In this document: piece by piece, positions 27,735-40,691 of the stretch | How the letters are laid out: each line of letters starts with the position of its first letter | How positions within the stretch are numbered: position 1 is the stretch's first letter | Assembly (NCBI GenBank): GCA_039545335.1 | Contig: BCIN01000005.1 | Location: forward strand, 186,001 to 250,000 | Length of the DNA: 64,000 bases | Source of the DNA: Kondoa subrosea | Lineage: Eukaryota | Direction: 5' to 3' | Position numbers and translations under genes: made by a program | The notes under the pieces: generated by a model | The model's input: the letters and a program-made list of their open reading frames with translations, nothing else | Databases searched by the model: none | What the model was told of the DNA's origin: nothing

Positions 27735-30168
27735 ATGGTCTATACTTCCGAGAAAGCGCCAGCACATCCAGATGCGCATGTCCATGGTACTCAAGCAGTT
27801 CATAACGTAACAGAGAAAGCGCATGAGGATGTGTATAGCCATGATCTGGATATGAGTGATGCGGAAATGAAGAAGATTCGAAGGCGGATAGATCTGAGAA
27901 TCGTTCCATGTACGTCTCAAACTCTTTGTATTCAGTACTTGTGTTCATGTGTGTTTGCGAAACAGATTTCTCGCTACTCTACCTGCTTTCAGCGCGTTTC
28001 CATCTTCACGTAACCCGAAGACTCTTGCTTATTAATACTGTAGTTTTTGGATCGAGTCAATATTGGACAAGCTAGAACAGCGGGCTTAGAAAAAGATCTA
28101 GGGTTGACTTCGTTCCAGTATCAGATCTGTCTGACAGTTTTGTAAGTTGTGTTCACCTCCGGTTCTGACGTTTGGCTAAGCTTCTTGTCAGCTTCGTATC
28201 CTATGTTGCAGTCGAAGTACCGAGTAATATTTTGCTAGGCTATCTTAAGCCGCATCGTTGGATCTGGCTCATCGCTGTATCTTGGTCAATCGGTTTGTTC
28301 TACTCTTGATTACGTATAATGTACGCTTATTAGAACTCAGTGGCTACTCTGATGGGTGTTGTCGAGAATTATGGCGGTCTGGTAGTAACTAGATTCATGC
28401 TCGGTCTGATCGAAGGAGGTCTTTTTCCTGGCTTGAACTTCTTGCTTTCTACTTGGTACTCCAGAGGAGATTTGGGAATTAGAGTCGGTATCTTCTTTGC
28501 TGGTGCGACATTGAGTGGAGCGTTCGGGTCAGTCACCAAGAGAACTTCTATAATTTACGCTGAGACAGTGAGTAGGGGTATTCTGGCATTCGGAATTCGA
28601 CATATGGACGGAATAGGCGGCAGAGGAGGTGAGCTTTCCGCACTTGTGGGAACCCTCCCTTGCTAAGATAGATGAAGGTTGGGCTTGGATCTTCATCCTC
28701 GAAGGTGGGCTCAGCCGGCCCGTAATGATCGCCACGAATTGACTCCCTAATTTATCATCGAAGGGCTCATCACTCTCATTTGCGCTTTACCTGCATGGTG
28801 GATTGGTATGTCAGATTTAGTCTTCAAGTGTTCTTTGTTCTTCGCTGATGTATCTTAACAGTGCCGGATTTCCCTACTGATGAACGATCAAAGAAGATGT
28901 TCAAGCGTCCAGAAGATATGTCAAAGTGGCTACATCGCCTTAATCTCTCGCAAGGAATGACTAGCGCCAACGTAGCCTTCAGTTGGGACCAGATTTGGAA
29001 AGCTGTCCTGGATTGGAAAGTGAGTCTCGCTAACTAATGTGCTTTACAGAGAACAGAAGCTGAACTTTACAGGTTTATGTCTATGCTACACTATACATCT
29101 CTACTGCTGTGCCTTTCTACTCGCTCGCGCTCTTCACACCTTCCATTATAACTGGTCTTGGTTACACAAATGCTGTAGGTCGCATGCTATATTTTCTGGC
29201 TATGCTGAATAAACGTCCTCCAGAACGCTAATCTACTCTCTATCCCGCCCTACGTTTTGGGCTTCATTACAACGATCTTGAGCACTTTGATTTCTGATAA
29301 GATGCACTTACGAGGACCTTTCAGTAAGTCGGCTGAATAAGTCGTAACATCTTAGCTGAACTTCAAGTCCAGTCATCTTCTGGATGATCATTGTCATTGT
29401 TGGATGTAAGACAACAACTTCTATAGCGCTGATACATACCTAAGAAAGATTATTTTCAGATTCTATTCTGATATCCGATGTTGCTATTGGCGTCAAATAC
29501 TTCGCTGTACATCTGACGGTGGGCGCAATCTCGCCATGTATTGCCCTAGGTGAGAAATCTTCCGCATACTTTGTTGTCGAAGCTGATCGTTTTGGGTTTA
29601 CCATTCAGATATCACTTGGGTCTCAATGCAGTTTGGTCCTGTTTACACTAGAGCAACAGCAATGGGAATATTCTTCTCAGCAGGCAATTCAGCGTAAGTC
29701 TCGTTAAAGTTTGTAGTTTCCGTTTTGAAGTGCTAATCTTTTGCTTACTTTCCTGATACAGCGGTATCATCAGTTCTTGGATCTATCCCAAAGCACAAGG
29801 ACCACGATATATTCAAGGCCACGCCATCTCGCTAGCGTTCGCAGGCTTGGCTATCGTTTGCTCTTGCGTTCTTATGCTTACACATCATTTGGAGAACAAG
29901 AAGAAAGATAGACTAGTAGGAAAAGTATGTTGTGCACGGCACAGCTCTAGCGTTGTCTTGATCGATAGTTCAGGTTGGGCGAGATGCTGTCAACCCCATA
30001 AAAGCTGGAGAACCTGAAGAAAAGCAACGCTGGGGATTGCAAGATATGGCAACAGAAGATATCCTCAAGCTAGGAGGAGAGCATGTACGTCGAATACTTC
30101 CGCTGACGCATGAAGCTGACCGATCACTTTCGCTCACACTGCAGCCGGGTTTCAGGCGTATGCTGTAA
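27735..30168 (+). CDS. MFS transporter, anion:cation symporter (Dal5/Tna1-like) family
   Basis: Highly fragmented gene: RRIDLRIVP|YFSLLYLLS|FLDRVNIGQA, EVPSN, RFMLGLIEGGLFPG, WYSRGDLGIR, GRGG|WAWIFILEG, PDFP, WIYPKAQGPRYIQGH, ending HPGFRRML-stop. Confidence 0.92.
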
Positions 30169-30444
30169 TTCATTGCTGTCCGATGTATATAGAACAGGGT
30201 TTCTGCAGATCGTTATGCTTACAGTCCTACTGCTCGCTTGCGCCATATCAGTCAGATCTGATGCTACCCGGACTGCCGCTTTGTCAATAAATACCTTCCA
30301 TCTTCTCCTTGCTCCCAACCACCTGAAATCAGGCGCATAATCACGCAGGAGCATATCTCAAGATCCGTACTACTGGCCACCGTCAAGCTAGCTGATAGAG
30401 CCTAGCTATTTCGCTCTGTTCCACAATTTCAATCATCGCGCGAA

Positions 30445-32279
30445 ATGTCACAATCCAATGGTCATTCACCTGTGACGAATGGGACGAATGGGAAGCACGA
30501 CGAGCCCTCTCAACAATATTTTGGAACGAAGCTCACTCATGCTGATCATCTCTCTTTCCTCGAATCTGCAAATGCAGTGATTCCAGCAATCAGTCTCTCG
30601 ACTACCTTTAGACAGCCTCAGTTCGTATGCATACTATTTTTAAGTGCTTCTCTGAGTCTTGCACTCCAGCGCAGGTGGAAACTCGGATGGCTTCGAGTAC
30701 AGTCGAGCTGGCAATCCCAATAGATTGGCTTTAGAGTCTCTACTTGCTTCTTTGGAACTACCTCCAGATGCTGCAGCAGAACTACAAGGTCCTTATAGTC
30801 CTACTCATTTACCTCCCGCTTTGGCGTTCAGTAGTGGTTCTGCTACGACTGCAACTGTCATACAAGCTCTAGTGGGTCAAGGAGGGCATCTAATAGCTGT
30901 TTCGGGTCAGTCAAAGCATTTGCGTATCATATTTTAGTACTGATATATACTACAGACGTCTATGGTGGAACGTAAGCTCTTGACATGACCCTGAAGATGG
31001 TTCAACTCACAAGACGGTGCAGATTCCGCTATCTAACCAAAGTCGGACCTGCCTTCGGTATCGAGACTTCATTCGTCGATTTGTCCAGCAACAATGCCGC
31101 AGAAGGGCAAGAGAAGACAGAGCAAAGGTTATCCGAAGCATTCAAAAGCCACACAAAAGTAGTATGGATAGAATCACCAACAAAGTAAGTGCTTCACATA
31201 TCGTATTCAATATGTGCTCATTCGTGCTCTCAGTCCAACATTAGAAGTAGTCGATATTGAGCTCATTGTGAAGATCGCTCATTCGAAGAACGCTTTGGTA
31301 GTAGTTGACAATACCTTTGCGAGTCCATACTTTCAACGTCCGTTGGCACTAGGAGCAGATGTAGTGGTGCATTCGACCACGAAAAGTATTAATGGACACA
31401 GTGACGTTGGTTAGTTCACTGCCTTTCTATTTTCTTCCGCGCGTTGTTTAAAGGTATGAGCAGTCGGAGGAGCTCTCATCACTCGTCTACCATCTCTACT
31501 GCCCAATTTAAGGTTTCATCAGAACGCTACGGGTTCCATACCTTCACCTTTCGATTGCTGGTTGACCATCAGAGGAGCAAGAACACTCGTCAGTCCAACA
31601 CGTCTCTTAGTGGATGATTTGTTGGGCTGATCATTGTCTCCCTATTAAACAGGAACTGAGATCTCAAAGAAGCGCAACGAACGCCTTGAAGATTGTTCAA
31701 TGGCTGCAATCAGATTCTTTACCTCGAGAATGTGTTGCGAAAGTTCTTTATGCTGGTCAATCGAATATAGCTTTCTCTCAAATGGCTCCTGAAGCGAAAG
31801 AATGGGTTATCAGTCAGGGCTATGGGAAAGAACTATTCCCTTATGTACGTCTCGATCAATTTTGTCCGACTTAGTACATGCTAAGCAATCGAAAAAAGAC
31901 TGGAATGGTCTCAATCAGATTGAAGGCTGTACCTGATCAGATCACGACAACGAACAAGTTCTTGTCTTCTTTGAAAGTTTTCACTCTCGCAGAAAGTCTA
32001 GGAGGATTTGAGGTCAGTTCAACTGATTCTGATCTATAGATATATGAGCTAACGTGATGAGAGTAGTCTTTGGCGAATCTTCCTTCCCTGATGACTCACG
32101 CTAGTCTTACACCTGAACATCGTGAAACTCTAGGAATAGATGATGCTTTAGGTAAGTCATCCTCTTGCAACACTAAGAAGAAGCTGAATGCGTTAATAGT
32201 ACGCTTATCGGTCGGAATTGAGGATTCGAGGGATCTCATCAAGGATTTGGAGCAAGCTTTAAAGGTCGCTTACGCGTGA
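30445..32279 (+). CDS. CYS3: Cystathionine gamma-lyase (Cys/Met metabolism PLP enzyme)
   Basis: [50 protein letters not shown]-Lys motif [25 protein letters not shown] and RLSVGIED. Confidence 0.9.
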
Positions 32280-32399
32280 GATATCCTTCGGTATGACTCG
32301 GAACTGTGTAGAGACGTGCATAGATGGACGCGAGCTGTAATCTCTGCATTTTACATAATCAAAGTCTCTCTTTCACAAACCAATCATCTTGACTTCAGC

Positions 32400-32922
32400 A
32401 TGAACGGCAAGCTCTCCCACGGCTGAATGTATGTTCATCTAATACTTTGATGCAGGTCCGCAACATCCTTCAGCTTCCCTGGTCGATGTTCCTCTAGTCA
32501 AAGGGCCTGCTCTTTGGCTGCCCGAACCTGTTGGTCTACCCAACGACATTCATCCTTTACCAGCCAATGTAACAGATTATGTATGTTCTACTATTCCCTG
32601 CCCTTCAATGCTTTGCTCGGGTCTTACTACGTAGTAATACCAGTTCGTCTATCCCTGGACATTAGAAACTCACGTTCAAAACCCAATAGCACCTATTGTA
32701 TCACATTCAACTCAAAGAGCCCAATTGCAACAAGAACAACAAGCTCATATGGATTTTCTGAAACAAAGGGAAGAAGAAAGATTAGCTAAAGAGAAAGAAA
32801 TGTTGAGGAAAGTAGCTCCTGGATTATCGAGCGGCGTGCTTCTACCTAGTCGACCGCCAGCTGCGAATACGTCTATACCTGGACCGACTGTTACTGGGAG
32901 TGATTTTGATGGGATGCAGTAG
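32400..32922 (+). CDS. Uncharacterised protein (3 exons, first intron GC-AG)
   Basis: ATG AAC G|gcaagc..gcag|GT CCG gives MNGPQHPS...LPNDIHPLPANVTDY|FVYPWTLETHV...LKQREEERLAKEKEMLRKVAPG in one continuous frame. Confidence 0.65.
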
Positions 32923-33693
32923 CTCGTTGCTGGATTGAGTCAAACGATGGTTACTAGTCGTATGCAGAGACTAGGTTGAAAATATTATCCCGATTGGAAA
33001 CGTTAGTGCATGTTCTATATACATTTGGACAAGCATAGCTGATGCCCAATGCAACAGATATCCGGCCTGTCATTCTGGATTGAAGCTCGATTGAGTGTAA
33101 CGCTACTTTCCCTTGCAAGCTTCGTTTGGTCACAAGCTATACGCTGTAATACACACAATCAAATGAAGGGCAGCTTTCTGGGCATATCGTCTACACGGTC
33201 TTCCACCTCGCTGTTCTTCCGAACCAGGATTACTAATCAACGGACTTTCATGGTCGAACCTTGCTCGGGCATAATTCGCACCTTGTATATAGATCTGACT
33301 ATCTCTTTGTACTCCACTTGTAGCTTGTCTTGAAATTAGCTTGGATCGACCGGATGATCTGACGAGCGGAAACGGCACGTTTGGAATGTCACGCTTTTCT
33401 TTACTCAACCGTGCCTCGTTTCTGAAAGAAAGAGATACCTGTATACCTCTATCACCTACTACATTATTGGCTCACTACATTCTGCCGTTTACCTTACAAT
33501 TGCAAATCCCCTTGACTGCGTTTTTCGATAATGAGATTCGCGAAATCTTTCAAAGAGCTGGGCCAGGCAAGTACTCTTTGGTCTATATAGCTGCGTTTGT
33601 AGCTTACTGGTCAATGTCTTTCTTGCAGCCCTCGTCGCAGTCCGTTTTTCTTATCTATTTAAAGGGTCCAATCGAACCTGATTCGTCAAAACG

Positions 33694-35075
33694 ATGATGA
33701 ACAGTAAACGGAAATCAGTCTATGATATTAAACAAACTATTGGTCAAGGAGAATTTGGGGAAGTGAAACTTGCTGTTAATACTGAAACTGGAGAACAAGT
33801 TGCTATCAAAGTCGTTAGCAAGGCTAATTACAAGAGTGCGTCTTCCTTTCCATAAGAAGGAAGGAGGGACTGACAAATGATGCGATGTGATAGATTTGGA
33901 AGCGCAGAAACATAGGCAAGTCGCTCACCTGTTGACCAGACTATTGAGCTTGAACTGAAAGAGTGTGGTTGCAGACTCGAGACGTATGGCAAGCTAGCGC
34001 ACCCGAATCTGATGCATCTTCAAGAGTACTTCGAGTCTCGTGAACGATACTATGTCAGTGCCCAACGCTTTTATGCTGTATGTCTAGCTTAAGAGCGTGT
34101 ACCCACTGGCAGTTCGTGCTGGATTATATGAGCGGCGGAGAATTATATGATTTAGTAGAGCAGCAAGGCAATCTATCAGAATCGGCAGCTAGAGATATCT
34201 CAATCCAACTTATCGTTCGTGCTATCTTTCTTTTCCTACCGCTCAAGGATCCCACTCAAACTTAACATTAGCGATCTATCGAATACCTTCATTCCCAGAA
34301 TATTGTGCACAGAGATATCAAGCTAGAAAACATTCTTACGTCAGAAGATCATTTGCATATAGTTATTGGAGATATGGGTTTATCAGCTCAATTACGATCA
34401 CCCGATTCTCTGCTATTCGCAGTATGTGGTTCTTTAGGATATCAAGCTCCAGAGTACGTTGTCCTTTAATGTATTGCTAGTCAGGAATTTTCTCGTGCTG
34501 ACGGAGATGATGTAGGATATACGATAGGAAAGGATATGGCAAACCAGCAGATTTGTGGTCTTTGGGAGTAGTCATCTTCCTCATGTTGGGAGGAAGATTT
34601 CCTTTCCTAGGAGCAGACGCACCGAGTGTAGCTCAAGAAGGAAGAGAAAGGAAAATTAGATTCACCAGGAAAGAACCTTGGACTAGCGTTAGCGATACAG
34701 GTGCGTCATCAGAACTTTTATTCAAGTGAATGGTCGCTTAAATGGGGTTTTGGTGACTGCACAGCGAAAGATCTTATACGGAAATTGTTGGAACCTGATG
34801 TGACAAGAAGATTGACTGCTACTGAAGCGTCACAACATGAGGTGCGTTTCGTCCTACCTCGTTCTATGATAAGCTGATAGATCGTCGAGCAGTGGTTCAA
34901 GATGGATTTAGCTGATTCTATCAAATCTCAACCGAGTACCGAAAGTCCAGATCATACTGAAGCGGAAGATGATGGAACAGGCGTATCTAAGCGATTGACT
35001 TCAGTCAGTGCGAAATTGACGCGGACAGTCACCAAGGAAGGACCGGATGAAGAGAGCTCAAGGTTGATTGTATAG
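33694..35075 (+). CDS. Ser/Thr protein kinase, CAMK group
   Basis: IGQGEFGEVKLA, VAIK, HPNL, DYMSGGEL, HRDIKLENIL, DMG, CGSLGYQAPE, GYGKPADLWSLGV and KRLTATEA across many short exons. Confidence 0.92.
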
Positions 35076-35213
35076 GATCTAGTCATTTCAGTAGTATTTG
35101 TGAAGATGTACGAAAGTTGACAAATGCATAGATTTACAAGGCATGAAAGACGAATTATAACTTATGTACATCTACTAGACCTGCTAGAGTCTCGTAAAAA
35201 GACGAGAATTTTT

Positions 35214-35930
35214 TTACTGAGTATACGCAATCTCGGCAGCACGCCCACTTGATGACCTCCAATCCCGAACTCGCAATGACCTTCGATATGTGTGCGGTGC
35301 CATCCTTTCTCCCAAACCGATACTGGAAGATGATGGAAAGAGATCCATTCGAGTGTAAGGAGGTAAGAGATTTTCTTCGCTACTGTATTCATCCAGGAAT
35401 GATGGTAGAATGAATGAAGAGATCGAAAGAGCTTCAGCGAGAGGAAAGAGCTGCTCATAAGAGGGAAGGCAATCGACATCGGGTGAATTGCCTGATACCG
35501 CTGGAATGTCTGGAAGTTGGATACTCGCTGGAATAGCGGAAACCTCTGACAGCTGTGGACATGTTTCAGGTAGTGAGACTTCTGCTGTTGAGCTCGAAGT
35601 GGCTGGCGAGATTGGTGTAGCTGTAAGACAGATGAGCGATAGATCTACTAGCAAAAGACTATGGCACTCACTTGCCGGTACCGGCCCACATCTCAGAGGC
35701 TCCCTCTTAGACATGAACATCACTGCGCGCCACAACCACTTGAATGGCATGATAACACAGCCCAGAATCCACATTACTACGCCCTCAAGAAGCTCTTCGA
35801 TTGTCTTAATTGTAGCCAATTCCGCAGCAGCATGCGCATCAGCTGCTCGAACATTACAGGACGTTATGATCAGCTCTGTCCGCTGTATGAACGCCAGATG
35901 CTCGTATTTCCTTTGTTGACGTTTCGTCAT
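35214..35930 (-). CDS. Hypothetical membrane-associated protein (238 aa)
   Basis: Uninterrupted ATG ORF with a hydrophobic segment (VVMWILGCVIMPFKWLW) and LPSY/LPPY motifs. No family recognised. Confidence 0.5.
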   Translation of the reverse strand: MTKRQQRKYEHLAFIQRTELIITSCNVRAADAHAAAELATIKTIEELLEGVVMWILGCVIMPFKWLWRAVMFMSKREPLRCGPVPASECHSLLLVDLSLICLTATPISPATSSSTAEVSLPETCPQLSEVSAIPASIQLPDIPAVSGNSPDVDCLPSYEQLFPLAEALSISSFILPSFLDEYSSEENLLPPYTRMDLFPSSSSIGLGERMAPHTYRRSLRVRDWRSSSGRAAEIAYTQ

Positions 35931-36520
35931 GCGGGTCAGAGCTAGAATATAAGAGTGAGAATCACGACACGGGAGGAGGAATAGAACGTACGATATGTAT
36001 CAGCAATGGCAGAGAGACGTGTAGAGTAAAGCGAAGCCGACATTTTGTAGTAGCGAGGTCTTGAAATGGATCGTGTAGTGAGAAATGGAGCGGAATGTGG
36101 TTGTGCAGGAAAACAAGACGAGTCGAGAGTGACCACGACAGGGGAAAGAAAGTAAACACGCTGTGCGACCAGTACAGGAATGAGAAATGTACCAGCAATT
36201 TGCAAATCAGCTGAGCACCTTCAAGCACGGAGTAGATCAGAGTCCAGACACAGCCACTCTGCCCAATGCTGAGATACTGGACTCACTTGCCGTCGTCACA
36301 AAGAGCGAGATATCACTCATAATCACTGATTATGCCGATTCTGATGCTTACTAAGCACGGAAATTTCGGCTGGAACCTCTGCAGTAGCCTGGAGCAGTAT
36401 ACAGATATGCAAAGCGGGGATGCAAAGTCGATTCACGGTGTAAGAAGCGGAAAATACAAAGATATAATTCATGAATTATTGTGGGTCGTCTACATAACTG
36501 AAATGAATATGATTCAAGCA

Positions 36521-38376
36521 CTACAACAGAGCCAAATGATATGATAAGACGAAACAGCAAGGTGTGAGGGTTGAAAGAAAGCCATAGAAGACAATCGAGC
36601 GGAAGTCATCTATGGGACCTATCTCTTAGCAAAGCGCAAAATTCTAGAAAAGATGCACATACGGTACGCTATGCCAAGGACAAGTTGGCTTTTATCGATC
36701 AGAGGTAGAGTCATTGTCGGTGCGGCCCTCAATCTGATGCTGTACAGCGACATTGACTTGAGTGAAGAACTTTGCGTAAAGAGCCACAATGAATAGCCAT
36801 GTCGAATAACCTGTCAAACAATCAGTCAGTGCATGTCTGGGGTCTTACACTTAGAATCAAGTACATAGCCTTGCTCCGAACACTGCTGCAGACGAGACTT
36901 TCCGAAATAAAAATGGTACCACAGCAACCAGAGCTTCTTCCAAAAGATGCCCGAGCCACTTGGTGAGCCGGGTGTACGAATGAAGAAGCCAAGTATAGAC
37001 GTTAATGACTAAGACCTTGTTTAGTTGCGTAGATATACGATCGGATGTAACGCTTACTATAAGGCAACGAAAGCAGAAGACCCAAAGCAGAAAGAAAGCA
37101 AATGACAAAGTGATTCGATTGTAATACCACAAATATGAAACAAATGCAGAGCATGGCGCCAAAGAGGATCGATCTGTTTCTGCTTTTCTCGCTTTGCCGC
37201 TTGCTGTCATTCTCTTTTGTTGCATGTTCAATGGCAATAGCAGCAAGCTCAGCACGAAATCGTTCCGTCTTCTCTACCAATCCATCTTGTTCTCTTTCCA
37301 AATAGCGCATTTCTTGCTGAAGAGATCTCTTCTCGGATTCCAGATCTCTGTTGTTCGCTTCCAATCTGAGAATCGCCGCATCTTTTACCAACAGAGCTCG
37401 TTCAAATTTGTCTGCTCTTCTCCCCTCTTCTCGAAATTTCGCGTAGATGTGCTGGATTTCGAAAGTCATATCAATCTTCTCCTGCAATTGATCTGAAGCT
37501 TCTTTGGCGCTAGGAAACTTGCTATGTGTAAATTTGAGCTCGAGTTCTGCATTTTCCAAATTTGCTGAAAGCAAACGACATTCTGTTTCTTTGTCCTTCA
37601 ACAAAGCTTGAGCCTCGTGCAGAGTCGCCTTGGTCTGTTGCAAATCGATTTTGAGAGAAGCCGATTCTTGCTCGGTCTTAGATAGGCTCTTTGCCTAGGC
37701 TTTTTGCCAAATCGGTGTTTTTTGAAGTGATAGCACGTGATCCAGCTTGCATGACCATTGCTTTGCGCATTACTGCATTGGATTCAGAGAGGATAGATTG
37801 TCTTTCGTTCTCCAGCTTCTCGATCCGATGTTCCATCGTGCTCTTCTCGCAAACTAGACTTGTCTTGTCTTGCTGTAGTGATGCAACATCAGTCTTGAGC
37901 TGCTTGATTTCTTGGTCCTTCTCTTGTAAGCATCGTCTAGCTTCAAGAATATCCGGTACCAGGTTCCGAATCTTGCTTGGAGACTCGATAATGGTCTGGC
38001 GGAGTTTGCGAGGGGAAGCAGCGAGGGTTTTCAGAATTGGCGTACTGCTTGAACTGGAGCGAGATCGACGAGGAGTGGAGAGCTGAGGTTTGAGTGAGTT
38101 TCGAGGAGGTTCAACATGGAGAGACGCGTCTAAATGTTGCCAGAAAGATTTGGCGTTTGATAAAGAGTCCATTTCAGGCAAAGGATTAGATGAGAACGAC
38201 CTTGCACGTCTTCTTGCAGATACCTCAGCGACAGGTAAAGTTACTTGAGGCAGAGATATGGATTTCGGAATAGAAAAGGGTCCAGATTTTGGCGAATCTA
38301 TATGAGCTCTTGAGTTGTTTGAAGCCTTGTCGTGCTGGGTCTGAGGACTAAATAGATCAAAGCTTTCAGAAGGCAT
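36521..38376 (-). CDS. Orphan coiled-coil protein with C-terminal TM segments (cassette gene A, left copy); frame break near 37690
   Basis: ORFs 37678-38376 and 37002-37643 are in different frames. Long heptad E/K/Q-rich region, then hydrophobic ILFGAMLCICFIFVVL... and further spliced hydrophobic exons; 3' end tentative. N-terminus aligns with the 61588-63522 protein. Confidence 0.6.
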
Positions 38377-38813
38377 GATCTGTAGCTATTTTAACGATTC
38401 GAGTATGTTTGAGTGAAAGTAAAGGGAAAAAATCGGGACAGCTGGCTAAGAAGCATCTTGAGATTTGGACCAATTCGATATTTTGAGTTATGACAACGAT
38501 CAAGATGAAGGTATCATGAGATAGGACATTCTATAGCAGCTAGAGAACGCGAGAGCAACGACAATATAACATTCCGTGTTGAAAGAGATCCAGCGCGAAA
38601 TGCGTGACCAAGCAAATTGTCGGCCTCGTATCGCAGGACATCATTCGAGAAGGGTATAAGAAGCTGTGCAGGGCATTTCTAGCAGGTAGCAAATTGAGCG
38701 ACATGGCTTGCGGTCAAGAGGCAGTCGAAAATTGTGCATGAGTGACTTGGAGCGGGACAGCGATCAAGCGATACCGGAGACCTCTATATCAATGTCAAGG
38801 ATACCCTAGATGC

Positions 38814-39037
38814 CTAACGTGTGCCTCCAAGTCTCTGAGTGCCATTGGCTACTGGTCCATCATCATCCATGTCGTCGAAACTTGTATTAAATGTGCTGGA
38901 CTCTGATTGCTCTGATGACCCTTGCATCTGTTGCACAATGCTTCTCTGTATTTGATTCCTGTATGCTGCGACCGGTAAATCGAAATCAAGCCCTTTGCCC
39001 GAGGACAAGCCTTGCGCCTTTCCTCAAGAAACCACAT
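38814..39037 (-). pseudogene. Short ORF inside the IR, frameshifted relative to the right-arm copy
   Basis: ggcttgatttc here vs ggcttagatttc in the right copy. The 1-nt loss splits MWFLEERRKACPRAKGL from DFDLPVAAYRNQIQRSIVQQMQG...DDMDDDGP. Confidence 0.35.
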
Positions 39038-39469
39038 CTAAGCTTTGTCGAGCTCAGCGCAACTTTATATGCGTTGGAACACAGTGGGCGCATCAATCTG
39101 AAGTTATGGTAATCTGGATATCAGCGCAAATGGGAGAAAATGTTGGCCAAAATGCTGAACCTGCATTCTTCAGCTTATCTGGATCACTCTGGGCGCTAAT
39201 GCTAGTCGAGAAGATGATGATCTCTCAATTTAATCATTTGTGACGATGACAAGAAGGGAAAGAGGCAGCTCAGCAAAAGCTCTTTGAATGACTAGCACTT
39301 GCTGCAATTATCCATTACTCTACTTCTGCTATCTACTAGGCACACGAACCGTTAAACTATAATCTACGAGGATGCAACACATATTTCAAAGCTACACAAA
39401 TTTGACCCAATCGCTTCATCTGTCAGCCCAAACGAAGTCGAATTCCAATGCTCATTCTTCTCGACCAAT

Positions 39470-40691
39470 CTAATACAGTCTTCGAGTAGCTCCATATGAG
39501 TCAGGGGTAGAAGGAGGTGTGCTGCATGGAGAACAGAGAGATTCGCTTTCCAAGGATTCGTCGGATTCTGCTATTGAGGCAAGAGAAGAGATGGACGATG
39601 AGCGAAATAGAATTGGACGAGTTGGAGTGTAGAGTGGACATTGATTACAGTTGGCTTGCTCATTGGGTAAAACGAGTCGATTTGATGCGGATGAGGGAAG
39701 AAGAGATTCGTTTCGATCTGGTGCAGCAGGAGTAGCAGAAGCAAGCGAAGCTGGCCAACGAAGGGATTTGACTGAGAGTAGATCATAAGTCAAGTGTAGA
39801 AATAATAGGAAAGAGCAGCTCACTAGCACAACAGCAAGCCATGATGAAAGACCAAATGCCAGCCAACAAGATCCTAAACCAATGCTCTTGTACAATTACT
39901 ACCGGTGCGTTCTTCTTTCTCTCAGCTACAAGCTCTTGCTGAAGTGCTCGCAATTCAACATAATACTTCTTTGCGTCCTGTTCTGACGATTTTGCTCGAT
40001 TCTTGTACTTGAGAAGTTCGGCTTGAGAACGTTTTAGTTGCTCTTCAAGTTGCACTGCTGGAAGATGTACGATTTCTAGTTGAAGTTCAAGTCGACGAAT
40101 TTCGACTTCGCGGTCGAGAATGATGGCTTCGAGCATTGCTTCCCTTGCGTCCCTTGCTTTCCTTTCGTTCTCGATCTCTTCACATTCTCGCTTCATCTTT
40201 GCCATATTCATATNCGCGATNTCNTNTGCTCGTTGAGCACTGATNACTCCCCTCTTGAAAGATGCCTTTTCAACTCTNTCCAGTTCCTTTAGCGTCTCCT
40301 TACGAGTTTCCTTCCTCCTCGCTTCTGCATTTCGAAGATCCTGCATGAGAAGCTTGTTGGTTCTCATACTTTGAGATAGCTCGTAAGTGTCCTTGGCGTG
40401 TTGCCTTTTCGATCTGTGAGAGGGATCCAAAGGCCATCCGAAACAGTCAGTCTTAGGCTTGTCTTCAAGAGGTTTTGACGTTTTGGGACGTTTAATGAAA
40501 GACTTGAGAGACGATTTCTTTTGGATTTCGATTTCGATTTCGCGCGAATCGGAAGTAGTTGTATCTGAAGAATCGGCGAACGAAGAAGAAGAAGAAGTCT
40601 CAGGCGACTCGACAGTCTCCTGAGGGATGTTGCTCGTTTGCGAAGCAACAACAATTGCTGCAGTGGTTGAAGTCGCGATAATGGAAGACAT
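39470..40691 (-). CDS. Orphan Ser-rich/coiled-coil/single-TM protein (cassette gene B, left copy)
   Basis: MSSIIATSTT...coiled coil...HWFRILLAGIWSFIMAC; a 52-nt GTGAGC..CAG intron (39772-39823) joins it in frame to the Ser-rich tail ending RRLY. Paralog of 59272-60498. Confidence 0.8.

Noticed and set aside
39772..39823. Apparent frameshift truncating the left copy of gene B
   Set aside because: The indels lie inside a GT-AG intron present in both copies (52 vs 51 nt); splicing restores the frame.
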